DNA of 64,000 nucleotides, from positions 41,135 through 105,134 of the forward strand of contig JACRHD010000060.1 in the NCBI GenBank assembly GCA_016234115.1, in the 5' to 3' direction. The notes under the pieces were generated by a model. It was not told where the DNA came from, searched no databases, and saw only the letters and a list, made by a program, of their open reading frames with translations. Positions 26,278-36,402 of the stretch are shown piece after piece; the stretch's first letter is position 1, and every line of letters begins with the position of its first letter. Source of the DNA: Nitrospirota bacterium (lineage in GTDB: Bacteria; Nitrospirota; Thermodesulfovibrionia; UBA6902). The translations under genes were made by a program, and so were the position numbers.

Positions 26278-26482
26278 TTATGGAAATAATTCTGCCGATA
26301 CTGTTCATTTCCGTCGCATCAGAGCCGTCAAACCTTAAATTAAATTCCCTCTCCAGTGCCACGAGGAACTCAATATGCTTCATTGAATCCCATTTGCTCT
26401 CCGTCTCTCTGCTTAATTCACTGTTGAAAGCTATCGCTCCTTTAAAGACGTCCTCGAAAACTCTCCTGATCCGCTCTTGCAC
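26261..26482 (-). CDS. acyl/peptidyl carrier protein (ACP-like)
   Basis: 73 aa with 'DSMKHIEFLVALEREF'; the Ser in this DS(L/M) motif would carry the phosphopantetheine. Its stop overlaps the E1 start by 17 nt. Confidence 0.65.
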   Translation of the reverse strand: MQERIRRVFEDVFKGAIAFNSELSRETESKWDSMKHIEFLVALEREFNLRFDGSDATEMNSIGRIISIIEQRM

Positions 26483-26731
26483 CTGTCATTTACTCCCGGT
26501 CCATTGTGTTATGATGGATATTGAATAATTAATGAAGTTCCCGCGATTATCCATCGCGGTTAAAACGTAGAAATTGCTCCGGCCATTTATTAATTTTAAC
26601 AATAACATCGGGCCAACTGCAAATATCACTTCAGTGTTTCAGAGGCATGACCGCAAGTCCTTCGGCTACTTGAGTCCAAATGCTGTTTTCAGGATGACGG
26701 CAAATACTTATGGCAATAAAACGGGCGTCTC

Positions 26732-28216
26732 TCATACATGCCTGTTTATAATCTCATGGGCAAATGCCATGATAGTCCCCTGTGGGTTCTTTCCGATGCT
26801 GGAAGGCAGCACGCTCGCATCCGTCACTAATATATTGTCCATTTTCCACAGCTTACCGTCGGGATTTACTGCAGACACGGCAGGATCGGTTCCCATAGGA
26901 CATGAAGCCATGATATGGACGGTAACAATCTCGAGATTTTCAGGTCTGACCCGGTCAAGGGTCTGTTCCAGCTCGGGAAGCGATCTGATCTTTCCGGCCC
27001 CGGTGACCGGCATATAGAGCTCAATCGCCCCGGCCTGAAACAGCAGCTTGGCCGTTCTCCTCAGGGCCAGCTTGATCATTGACAGGTCATCAGGATCAAA
27101 CCTGTATGTTACCAACGGCTGATCTCCAAACCGGCTTGAAATATGCGCGACGCTTTTGGGCCGGATCATGGCCGTAAAAATCCCCAGATTTTCATAATTG
27201 CTCAATACCGAATTGATTTCTTCATTAGTATGCTGAGACAGTGTCATGGCTACATAGTGACGTTTAATATTTGAAGCCATAATCAAAAGACCTTCACGGT
27301 CAAACTCCTGCATCTGCACCGTGAACATCGTGCCCTGCTCCGCGTTGAGTCTGTCTTTAAAGCGGGCGACGACTTTAAGGTTCATATGGAACTGAAGATT
27401 ACGACCGGCCAGGCCCGAAATTCCGCTGCGGCGCAGCAAATGGGGGGTCTGGACGGCGCCGCCTGCCACCACCAGGTGATCAAACGATATTTCGATGCGT
27501 TTTGGTCCTCCGCCCATGACACGTACTATAATTTTTCTCGCCTTCCCGCCGGAATGGATAATCCGGACGGCGCGACATCGTGAAAAAATACGGGCGCCGT
27601 TATTCAAGGCCCTCGGAAGGTATGTCACAAGGGCGCTCTGTTTGGCGCCTGATATGCACCCGGTCGGACACGAGTTGCCGTTCTTGCAATCATTGACCGC
27701 TCGCGTGGCCATATCGCATTTCCAGCCCAACTCTTCCGAAGCCTTCAGAAGTTTCATTGAATCGAGATTTCCATTTTCCTCAATTTCATGTCTTACTACA
27801 TGCAGGTCCCTTTCAACCGTCTCGAAATACTTCTTCAGTTCATTCAGACCATACCCTTTTAAACCATAATCATTCTGCCACTCGTCAAGGACCCAGGAAG
27901 GAGTATGACAAATCAGGGCGCCGTTTATAACGGTGCCGCCGCCGACACAACAACCTTCGGCGAGCGCGATGGATGGTTTGCCGAGAAGAGGGAATACTCC
28001 CCGGTTTCTATAAAGTTGCGCCGTCATTGCGCTGATATCGGAGGTGTAGGATTCAGTCGGAAAATATCCGCCTTCTTCCAGGAAAATGACGTCCCGTCCC
28101 CTCTCGGCAAGCAATGCCCCCGCCACGCTTCCCCCTGCGCCGGTCCCGACTATCAGATACTGACAGCGGTAAGCCTTTTCAGTATAGTCTTGTCTGTCCA
28201 GAATCGAGTCTTTCAC
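26732..28216 (-). CDS. GMC-family FAD oxidoreductase (choline/alcohol dehydrogenase-like)
   Basis: Has the N-terminal 'YLIVGTGAGGSVAGALLAE' FAD fold and a C-terminal GMC domain. Confidence 0.8.
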   Translation of the reverse strand: MKDSILDRQDYTEKAYRCQYLIVGTGAGGSVAGALLAERGRDVIFLEEGGYFPTESYTSDISAMTAQLYRNRGVFPLLGKPSIALAEGCCVGGGTVINGALICHTPSWVLDEWQNDYGLKGYGLNELKKYFETVERDLHVVRHEIEENGNLDSMKLLKASEELGWKCDMATRAVNDCKNGNSCPTGCISGAKQSALVTYLPRALNNGARIFSRCRAVRIIHSGGKARKIIVRVMGGGPKRIEISFDHLVVAGGAVQTPHLLRRSGISGLAGRNLQFHMNLKVVARFKDRLNAEQGTMFTVQMQEFDREGLLIMASNIKRHYVAMTLSQHTNEEINSVLSNYENLGIFTAMIRPKSVAHISSRFGDQPLVTYRFDPDDLSMIKLALRRTAKLLFQAGAIELYMPVTGAGKIRSLPELEQTLDRVRPENLEIVTVHIMASCPMGTDPAVSAVNPDGKLWKMDNILVTDASVLPSSIGKNPQGTIMAFAHEIINRHV

Positions 28217-28256
28217 GGTAACTGTTATGGTCCTCTCAATATCGATACACTATATT

Positions 28257-28613
28257 TTAATGGTCCGGCGATAAGGGAAGGCTGTCAAACAGTTTCAAAA
28301 AAGCCATGGAGCGGACTAACTTGTTTAACATGCCGAAAGCAGGAATGAACCGGACGCTTCGCAGAAAGGAAGAGCGTTTTTCAGCCGGCAACAGGTTTAA
28401 TTTGCGTCCCGTAGTAATCAGACAGAGCAGGCCGGTTACAATGGCGAGAATTCTGACGGGTAAATGAAAATACCAGGGAAGGTTTGTTACTACATCGGAG
28501 ACGAACTGAAAGACGCCCTCCGCCGTATTGGAATTCCTTTTCTGCATGATTTGATACTGCCTCAAGGATTCTATGTTTTCCAGGACCATGCCTGCCAGCA
28601 CACTCTTCCACAT
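28257..28613 (-). CDS. hypothetical protein (possibly single TM)
   Basis: ORF-only call in the 435-nt gap between the GMC and aminotransferase genes. No motif recognised. Confidence 0.2.
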   Translation of the reverse strand: MWKSVLAGMVLENIESLRQYQIMQKRNSNTAEGVFQFVSDVVTNLPWYFHLPVRILAIVTGLLCLITTGRKLNLLPAEKRSSFLRSVRFIPAFGMLNKLVRSMAFLKLFDSLPLSPDH

Positions 28614-28652
28614 AAGCTTACCTGTTTGACCTGCGGTCTTAAACTGAATTGA

Positions 28653-30086
28653 TTATTTCTTTAAAACTTTTTGTTTGAGAAAATTCAAAATTAAAGTAAG
28701 CTTGCCGATTGCCAATGTCCTGTCCAGGGCATCGAGAAACGTATCCAATTCTTCATCAGATACAATTAAAGAAGGCGAGATGATAAGAGATATTTCTCTA
28801 TTATCACCAAAGAACGTTAAAACATTATGCGCGCTGAAAAGTTCCGATATAACGGAACCGGTGATTAATTTGGACAGAAATCGTTCATCCTTAAACACCT
28901 TTGCAGGTATTAAACTGATTAAAGACTTGACAAATGAGTTGATATCTTTATTGAAAATGACCCCATGCAATGCCCCGCTGCCTCTTACGTCATTTATCAA
29001 GTCAGGGTATTTACCCTGAAGCCTCTTTAAACCGTTACTCAAACGCAGGTGAATTCTCTTTGACTTGCCGACGTAATCGTCATCAACAATTATATTGATT
29101 GCTTCTATGGCCGTTATGCATTCTTCGCCGAAACCGCTGAAAGTGGTGCTGTGCAACGTTGCTTCATTCAGATTATCATATGCCTTGCGAAATAAAGGAG
29201 TACGCGTCGTGTAACCGGATATTGAAGACTTGCCGCCTCCAAAGGATTTTGAGAAAGTGACAATGTCCGGGATCGCGCCTTTTCCGATGAAATTGAACAG
29301 CTCACCGGTCTTTGCCCAGCCGGTGTATACCTCGTCAAAGATCAGAATAATCCCCTCGCCGCTGCAAATTCCGCGCAGCTCTTTTAAGAAGTCCGCGGAA
29401 CATTCCCGTAGACTGCTAGCGCTGAAGGGCTCAAGGATTATGGCATAGATATCGGATTTCCCGTTGGGCTTACGAATCTTCGCGACAAGATCTTTAATAC
29501 TTTCAATATTGCCGTACTCAAAACATTCTATATTTGGAATGGTGGGGAAATTATATACCAATTCCGGCGAGCCTGTCAGTCCCGCGGCTCCCAATAATTT
29601 GCCGTGAAAGGATATGTCGGCGTGCAAAATATGTTTTCTGTCCCCGTCATGGTATTTATAAGCAAGCTTGACTGCCCCCTCCACTGCTTCAGCTCCGGAA
29701 TTGCAAAAGAAACTTATATTCAGATCTTCCGGCATCAGCCTGGCTATATTGTGACTTAACCCCGCAATATACGGCGACAGAAAATTCTTGTGGACCTCCA
29801 TCTTCTTCTGTTTCTGAAATTCCACTCGCGCGGCAAGTATCCGCGGATGGTTGTGTCCGTGATTAAGCACTCCTATCCCGCCGGTAAAATCGAGAATCTT
29901 CCGGCCGTCCGATGTGTAAATGTACATCCCCTCGGCATGGCTGGCAACCGCCCTGCCGAAACCGAAAGAACCGATCAATTCGACCTGGCTCTTGTTGAAA
30001 TATTCCCTGTACAGCTCCTGGATCTTTTCAATATCAAATTCCGCGCATTCCTGCCATCTGTATAATTTGCCTGTGGGGGGTTGCAT
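28653..30086 (-). CDS. class-III PLP aminotransferase (omega-aminotransferase family)
   Basis: 'GGIGVLNHGHNHP', 'DEVYTGWAKTG' and 'TFSKSFGGG' match the class-III aminotransferase fold. Confidence 0.8.
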   Translation of the reverse strand: MQPPTGKLYRWQECAEFDIEKIQELYREYFNKSQVELIGSFGFGRAVASHAEGMYIYTSDGRKILDFTGGIGVLNHGHNHPRILAARVEFQKQKKMEVHKNFLSPYIAGLSHNIARLMPEDLNISFFCNSGAEAVEGAVKLAYKYHDGDRKHILHADISFHGKLLGAAGLTGSPELVYNFPTIPNIECFEYGNIESIKDLVAKIRKPNGKSDIYAIILEPFSASSLRECSADFLKELRGICSGEGIILIFDEVYTGWAKTGELFNFIGKGAIPDIVTFSKSFGGGKSSISGYTTRTPLFRKAYDNLNEATLHSTTFSGFGEECITAIEAINIIVDDDYVGKSKRIHLRLSNGLKRLQGKYPDLINDVRGSGALHGVIFNKDINSFVKSLISLIPAKVFKDERFLSKLITGSVISELFSAHNVLTFFGDNREISLIISPSLIVSDEELDTFLDALDRTLAIGKLTLILNFLKQKVLKK

Positions 30087-30276
30087 TATTCCGGTTACCT
30101 CATAATTTTAAAGTTTGTATTATTGTCGGGAGCGCTTCTCCGCCGTGAAACTTCGCAGAGATTTTACTTACTTAATCACCGGCCACCCAACTCGTCAATT
30201 ATTATATATTATTTTTTTTACTAATATCAAAATAAACAATCATAGGGGCAAATATAGTCTTATTGCCGGAGCAGGG

Positions 30277-31626
30277 CTAATCCATTCCTATCTGACCGGA
30301 CAGGGATGATCCCAACGGCACCATAGAAGACTTTATGCCGACTTTTCTGCAGGCCCGGGCCGCTGTCCTGATCGCATTATTACAGCTCCTTTCATCAGGA
30401 TAAATATGGCTCATGTTGACGACATACATATTCTTGACCGGGGTCTCACAATTCGGCACTATGCCGGAATAATTGAGTCCGCATATTGTTGCGGCCGTTT
30501 TCGCGCGAAAGACATAAGTATTTTTTATCCATGACTCATTGAACCGCGGGTTGATCCTGTTTAACGGCGCGATCATCCGATGCAGAATTTCACTGTTTGT
30601 CGCCGAGGCAATATCGGCATCACCGGCAAAGTATCTCGAAAGGTACAAAATATGACTGCCGTTATACTTGTCCGGGGATATAAAATTGGTATGCTCAATA
30701 ATTCCGCCGAAAGGGAACCCGGGGTCGGCAATGTTGAGCCAGTATATATGGCTGAGAGGTCGGTCCATCTCCAGGATGGTGCAAACTGCGCTGCTGTATC
30801 TGATTCGGGACAGTTCATCCGCATATTCAGATGCGGTCTCCCTTAATAATGGAGTTAGATGCGTCGCGGCTATCGTCGCAAGGAAAAGCCCGCCGGTATA
30901 CGGGCCTCTTGTTGTTTCCACCGCGCACAGCGTATTGGCCTTTATCACCAATTTTGTCAGCCGCGCGTTCAATATGATCTTTACCCCCAGGTTTGTCAAA
31001 CTTCTTTCGAGGGTGTCCGTCAATATCTGCAGACTTCCTTCAATATACCCGAGCTGCTCTCCTGTTCCCTTGCGGGAATTCATTCTCTGCTTAAGGCGTC
31101 CTACCATCCAGGCAGCAGGCACTTTGTCCGCATGGGAGCCGAACTTTATTTCAAGCAGCGGCCTCCATATCGAATCAGTAACATTCCTTCCGGTATATCT
31201 GTAAAACCATTCCAGGGCTGAAACGCCTTCCCATTTTCTCCAGTCCGTCAGCTTACCGAGATAAATACTGGTAAGAAGGAACCGTATTTTGTCCGCTGCG
31301 CCCAGAGGAGTGAACCCGAGGAGGTCTTTCAGTCCGTTGAAATCGTAGATTTTATTATTTCGGAATATGCCTACCGTTGTTTTTTTGAAATCAATCCTGT
31401 CACTTAAGTTCAATTCCCTTAATAACCACAACAGTTCCGCGTCATTGGTAAAACAGTGATGGTAGTAATGCTCCAACAGGCTGCCGCCGATCTGAAAAGT
31501 ACTCATTAAACCGCCTAACTGCGGGCCGCCTTCCAGCAAGGTCACTTCCCATCCGTCTTTGGCCGCAAGATAAGCAGAGGAAAGCCCTGTTATTCCTCCT
31601 CCGATAATGGTTATTTTCTTCCGCAT
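30277..31626 (-). CDS. FAD-dependent oxidoreductase (amine oxidase / phytoene desaturase superfamily)
   Basis: 'KKITIIGGGITGLSSAYLAAKDGWEVTLLE' is a Rossmann FAD-binding N-terminus. 449 aa. Confidence 0.7.
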   Translation of the reverse strand: MRKKITIIGGGITGLSSAYLAAKDGWEVTLLEGGPQLGGLMSTFQIGGSLLEHYYHHCFTNDAELLWLLRELNLSDRIDFKKTTVGIFRNNKIYDFNGLKDLLGFTPLGAADKIRFLLTSIYLGKLTDWRKWEGVSALEWFYRYTGRNVTDSIWRPLLEIKFGSHADKVPAAWMVGRLKQRMNSRKGTGEQLGYIEGSLQILTDTLERSLTNLGVKIILNARLTKLVIKANTLCAVETTRGPYTGGLFLATIAATHLTPLLRETASEYADELSRIRYSSAVCTILEMDRPLSHIYWLNIADPGFPFGGIIEHTNFISPDKYNGSHILYLSRYFAGDADIASATNSEILHRMIAPLNRINPRFNESWIKNTYVFRAKTAATICGLNYSGIVPNCETPVKNMYVVNMSHIYPDERSCNNAIRTAARACRKVGIKSSMVPLGSSLSGQIGMD

Positions 31627-31696
31627 CCGCTTTATGATTTTTATGTCCGGCCTGAACTGACGGCATAATCACGCAAAGTGATTATGCCCGTTATAC

Positions 31697-32680
31697 TCAT
31701 AACGGGTTAGACGGCGGCTTTGTCGATAAGCCCAGGTGTTGTTTAATGATCCATCGGGGCCGCTGTTTGACTTCATCATAGATTCTTCCGAGATACTGCC
31801 CTATAATCCCCAAAAAGATCAGTTGAACTCCTCCGAGGAAAAGGATCGTGACGTGGGTTGAAAATCCGGGCTTGAGCCCTATCCCCAAAGATTCGAAAAA
31901 GTCCCTGAAAATATATTGCAGCACAAGTAAAATAATGCCGAGAAAAGACAAAGCTGAAGTCCATAAACCGATATTGGTAGCCATTGACAGTGGAAGAGTT
32001 GAAAAAGATATTATGCCGTCCAGGGCCAGACGGCGCAATCTTTTGAAATCATACTTTGACTCTCCGGCAGTCCTTGCGTGCCTTTCATAGGCGAGGCCTG
32101 TTTGCCTGAACCCGGCCCATGCCCTCAATCCCCGTACAAACCTGTTTCTCTCTGGCATGGTATTTAAGATATCGACTATCTTCCGGTCCATGATACAAAA
32201 GTCACCTGAGTCCAGCGGCAGATCAAAATCTATCATTCTCGACAATAACCGGTAGAACGTCCAGTAGCTGATTTTCTTGAGGATCCCTTCTTTCCGGTGC
32301 TCTCTGACTGCGTACACTATGTCGTAACCATCCAGCCACTTTTTTATAAAACGATGGATTTCTTCCGGCGGGTCCTGCAGGTCAGCGTCAATAACAATGA
32401 CCGCGTCCCCTGTCGCATGAAATATGCCGGCTGAAACCGCCGTCTGATGTCCGAAGTTGCGGGAAAAAGAAAGTGCGGACCATCTCGGGTCATTCGCGTG
32501 CTGGGTGCTCAGCAGCGCCCAGGTGTTGTCATGAGAACCGTCGTCGATGCAAATAATTTCCCAATCAACCCCCCAGCCTTCAGCCGCGTCCGTCATTCTC
32601 CGGAAAAGCTCAGGAAGCACATCCTGTTCATTATAACAGGGGATAACAACAGATATTTTATACTTTTCTCTTCCGTTCAT
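31697..32680 (-). CDS. GT2 polyprenyl-phosphate glycosyltransferase (GtrB/ArnC/DPM1-type, C-terminal 2 TM)
   Basis: 'VVIPCYNE', 'IICIDDGSHDNT', 'DADLQDPPE', and a C-terminal hydrophobic pair of helices. Confidence 0.8.
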   Translation of the reverse strand: MNGREKYKISVVIPCYNEQDVLPELFRRMTDAAEGWGVDWEIICIDDGSHDNTWALLSTQHANDPRWSALSFSRNFGHQTAVSAGIFHATGDAVIVIDADLQDPPEEIHRFIKKWLDGYDIVYAVREHRKEGILKKISYWTFYRLLSRMIDFDLPLDSGDFCIMDRKIVDILNTMPERNRFVRGLRAWAGFRQTGLAYERHARTAGESKYDFKRLRRLALDGIISFSTLPLSMATNIGLWTSALSFLGIILLVLQYIFRDFFESLGIGLKPGFSTHVTILFLGGVQLIFLGIIGQYLGRIYDEVKQRPRWIIKQHLGLSTKPPSNPL

Positions 32681-32717
32681 TCTGAAATCAATCTGTCAAA
32701 CAGACGATGCCGTCATT

Positions 32718-33419
32718 CTACACTTTTTTTCGGGAATAAATCTTGATAGGTGTATCCGGATTTTCATAATGCGAATAAACAACAGAGAAATTCTTTTTTG
32801 TTATAATGCCTTCGTTTTGAGGACCAAAATAAATTATGATACAATCAATAAGTTTGAGTTCGTCGAATTTATTCAACAGAATTTCCAGCATTTCATCCTT
32901 AAACGGCGCATACAGAAAAAATATCAGTGAATTCGTTTTCCGGTCCCTGCTGAAATCAGTTATTAAGTTCGGGAAATCGACATCTCTGACATTTTGATTA
33001 ACAATTTTCATTTTGGCATGAGGCGGTAAATATTTTTTGAGGTTTTGACTGCACAGCTCCGCGAGTTTATTGGATTGCTCAATCCCTATTAACCGGTTGA
33101 AGCCGATGGAGAACGAATAATACAGGGCCCTGCCCGGACCACATCCGATGTCAAAAAAGATTGAATCCTGAAAATCGGTTACTATATTTTTCAGTTGATT
33201 CAGGGACTTGGTAAGGATAAAATACGGGGCGGGCACGTAAGGATCGGAGAGCCTGCTGTCTTCATCACTGATATCCAGTTCCTGAGGCTCAACGACAAAA
33301 AAATATTTAAACCCGGGATGTCTTATCAAAAAAAACAGTTCATAAACGGATCCGATGATTAATGGTTTTAATCCCCAATCATTTTTTGTCTTGATGACCT
33401 GTTTTATTATTGAAATCAA
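32718..33419 (-). CDS. class I SAM-dependent methyltransferase
   Basis: 'FFDIGCGPGRALYY' is motif I. The segment is markedly AT-rich. Confidence 0.6.
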   Translation of the reverse strand: MISIIKQVIKTKNDWGLKPLIIGSVYELFFLIRHPGFKYFFVVEPQELDISDEDSRLSDPYVPAPYFILTKSLNQLKNIVTDFQDSIFFDIGCGPGRALYYSFSIGFNRLIGIEQSNKLAELCSQNLKKYLPPHAKMKIVNQNVRDVDFPNLITDFSRDRKTNSLIFFLYAPFKDEMLEILLNKFDELKLIDCIIIYFGPQNEGIITKKNFSVVYSHYENPDTPIKIYSRKKV

Positions 33420-33568
33420 AGTATGATTGATGATGACAAGAAATCGCTTCTCAAGCTATAGTGAATTATAGCAGAAAAATCCGGACACTTGTCAATATTT
33501 CATTAATTTTCTCAATTAATTGCGATTGTATTTTATAGCTCGGGCTTTGTATAATTACAACATCATTC

Positions 33569-35158
33569 ATGAAACCATATAAGACGTATTTTGAAGATAA
33601 ATATGAAATATGCATATATGGCCTACTGTTCATATCAGCCCTCGCGGCCGCCCTCCTTGCAGTAAAAAATATAAGAATATCTCCTGACTCGATGATATAT
33701 GCGCTGATTTCACAGGAGATACGGTCCGGCAATGGAATAACACTGCCGATAATTTATGATCTGAACGACAATTACGCCTTTATCGACGGGGCGGTCCCGT
33801 ATCTCGCTCAGCCCCCCCTTCTGCCGATGCTTTTCGCCTTATTGGGCGGGGTCACACCGCAAAATTTCCTGGCCGCACAGATAATTAATGTGATCAGTCA
33901 TGTGGCTACTGCGTTTTTCAGTTTTCTCTTAATGAAAAAATTATACGATAATAAGGCCGTTGCCCTGCTGACCGGGATACTCGTCTCCGTTTCCCTTCCT
34001 CTGGTGTCTAATGCCCACTCCATGTTGAGTGAATCGTTATTTGTCGCATTAACGACTGCGGCGTTATATTTTATAGTCTTGACGCGACATTCCGGCGGTC
34101 ATCAGTCAATCCGATATTATTTCATTGCGAGTATCTGCGCCGGCGCCGCTATTTCAACAAGGTTTGCCGGAGTGGCCCTGATACCAGTATTTTTGTGGGA
34201 AGTCTTTGTCCTGGTAAGGAACAAAAGCATAAAGTCAAAAGGCGCGGCCGCCGTCTTATCGGCAATGCTGCCTCTGATTGCCATCGGAGCGCTTTTCATT
34301 CGTAACTACTTTGTGTCGGGCACAATAGTAGGCTGGAACCCATATGCTTCCGAGAGGCCTTATACCGAAGCCCTTACAGGCACTTTGAAGATGCTATTTC
34401 TGCAATTTCAATTAGGAGGACATCTTGTTGCGCCGTTCATGGCGGCATCTGTTTTATTTATTCTGTATATTGTCGCGACTACTGATGGAAGAAAAAAAAT
34501 GACAGAGTGCGTTCATTCAGGACTGGACCTGCTTGTAGTTTTCATGCTGAGCTATACGGCGCTGATTACTCATGCACTGGCCAGGGTGCAGCCGCTTTTT
34601 GAAGTGCGATATATTTCTCCTTTGGCGCCTTTCTTATTTATAATTTGTATTCTTGTCATCGTTGTTTTATGGGACGTGATAAGATTTAAAGGGTTCTCCA
34701 AACTATCATTATTCGGAATGATATTGTCTCTCGGCATAATAATATTCGGTAATCTTTATAAGACGTGCTTGAATGCGGAGCCGTTATTTTCCCGTCAGAC
34801 CGGGCATTACCGGATACTGAATTCCCCTACGTACAACTGGATTAAACAGAATTATGATGAAGACGTCGTCATTACGACCAACAGACCGTTTCATCTCAGC
34901 TTTTTCGGGGGATATCCGACGGTAAGATTATCGCACAGGAGATTTAACAGGAATGATTATCTTCCTGATAACATGGAATCATTTCTGCCGGCCCGAATGT
35001 CCAGATTCGGATCGCGGGTGCTTGTCTTGTTTGAAGAAGTAGATGAGCAGAATGAAGGAAGTTATCTTACGGGACTGTTCAATAAGAGAGAAGGCGACGA
35101 CCGCTTTGTATTAATGCAAAAATTACCTGACGGGGTCATATATAATCTCAAGGAATAA
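33569..35158 (+). CDS. GT-C fold membrane glycosyltransferase (ArnT/PMT-like)
   Basis: 529 aa. The N-terminal polytopic region has many TM helices. A periplasmic C-terminal domain follows. The family call comes from topology and context. Confidence 0.5.
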   Translation: MKPYKTYFEDKYEICIYGLLFISALAAALLAVKNIRISPDSMIYALISQEIRSGNGITLPIIYDLNDNYAFIDGAVPYLAQPPLLPMLFALLGGVTPQNFLAAQIINVISHVATAFFSFLLMKKLYDNKAVALLTGILVSVSLPLVSNAHSMLSESLFVALTTAALYFIVLTRHSGGHQSIRYYFIASICAGAAISTRFAGVALIPVFLWEVFVLVRNKSIKSKGAAAVLSAMLPLIAIGALFIRNYFVSGTIVGWNPYASERPYTEALTGTLKMLFLQFQLGGHLVAPFMAASVLFILYIVATTDGRKKMTECVHSGLDLLVVFMLSYTALITHALARVQPLFEVRYISPLAPFLFIICILVIVVLWDVIRFKGFSKLSLFGMILSLGIIIFGNLYKTCLNAEPLFSRQTGHYRILNSPTYNWIKQNYDEDVVITTNRPFHLSFFGGYPTVRLSHRRFNRNDYLPDNMESFLPARMSRFGSRVLVLFEEVDEQNEGSYLTGLFNKREGDDRFVLMQKLPDGVIYNLKE

Positions 35159-35340
35159 TGTTGTCAGTGTGTGGGCCTTAACACTCTGAATTTTGGGCAT
35201 CTTTATCACTTATAAATCTCTATACGGTTTCCGCGTCGTCAAATCGCGGAAGGGCTTTATCCGCCTTCCTTTAAGTTCTTTTGAAAAATAATATATAATA
35301 TATACACTTATATAAAACAGGGGCTGACCTGAGAAGGTTT

Positions 35341-36402
35341 ATGAAAGATTTCTACAAAGGCAAAAACATATTATTGACAGGCGCCGCAGGCACTGTAGGA
35401 AGAGAACTCGTAAGACAACTTATCGCTTTTGGGCCTTCCGAGCTCCGTTTGATGGACAACAATGAAACAGAGATGTTCTTTCTTATGGAAGAATACAGAA
35501 ATGACCATGTGTTCTGTTTTCTCGGCGATATAAGAGACAGGGACAAGCTGGAAAAATTGTCAAAGGACGTGGATATAATCATTCACTCCGCGGCCTTCAA
35601 ACATGTTTATCTGTCCGAATATAATCCATTCGACGTAGTGCAGACAAATATAATCGGAGTTGAAAATATTATAAGAGCGGCGACCTCGGGCAATGTGAAA
35701 CTTCTCCTGTTTACAAGCAGCGACAAAGCTGTAAATCCTACTAATGTTATGGGCACCTCCAAACTTATGGGTGAAAGGCTGATAACCGCCGCGTCCGCCG
35801 TGCGAAATAACAGCAATACCATTTTCAGCAGCACCAGGTTCGGCAATGTTCTCGGGTCAAGAGGTTCCGTAGTTCCTTTATTCATGAAACAGATCAGAAA
35901 AGGCGGTCCCGTGACCATTACGGACAAGAGAATGACCAGATTTGTCATGACCATAGAAGAAGCCGCAAGATTGGTGCTGCAATCAGTCCTGATCGCAAAA
36001 GGGGGTGAAGTTTTCATTACAAAAATGCCGGTCGTAAGAATACCCGACCTTGCCGAAGCAATGATAAAGCTGCTTGCGCCAAAGTATGGTTATAAACCTG
36101 CGGACATTAAAACCGTTGAAATCGGGATGAAGGCCGGTGAAAAGTTATATGAGGAGCTGATGAGCGATCAGGAGGTCCCGCGCTCCATGGAATTAAAAGA
36201 TATGTTTGTGGTGACCCCGGCTTTCAAGGCGCTTTTTCAGTCAATAAAACATGAATATCCCGACACCGTTTCCAATAAAATAGAGAGGTCTTATATATCG
36301 GAGAATGAAACACCATTGAATGTATATGAGATTGAAAAATATCTTATTGAAAACAGGGTGATCGAGAAAGTTGAAGAATTTTCCTACGGCAGCAGTGTTT
36401 GA
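35341..36402 (+). CDS. polysaccharide biosynthesis protein CapD/PseB-like (UDP-GlcNAc 4,6-dehydratase-type SDR)
   Basis: 'KNILLTGAAGTVGREL' plus a characteristic CapD/FlaA1 core ('FTSSDKAVNPTNVMGTSKLMGERL'). Confidence 0.75.
   Translation: MKDFYKGKNILLTGAAGTVGRELVRQLIAFGPSELRLMDNNETEMFFLMEEYRNDHVFCFLGDIRDRDKLEKLSKDVDIIIHSAAFKHVYLSEYNPFDVVQTNIIGVENIIRAATSGNVKLLLFTSSDKAVNPTNVMGTSKLMGERLITAASAVRNNSNTIFSSTRFGNVLGSRGSVVPLFMKQIRKGGPVTITDKRMTRFVMTIEEAARLVLQSVLIAKGGEVFITKMPVVRIPDLAEAMIKLLAPKYGYKPADIKTVEIGMKAGEKLYEELMSDQEVPRSMELKDMFVVTPAFKALFQSIKHEYPDTVSNKIERSYISENETPLNVYEIEKYLIENRVIEKVEEFSYGSSV

Noticed and set aside
30668-31221. Plus-strand ORFs (30668..31204, 30859..31221) inside the FAD oxidoreductase gene
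   Set aside because: They are antisense to an ORF with a clear Rossmann N-terminus. No independent support exists.
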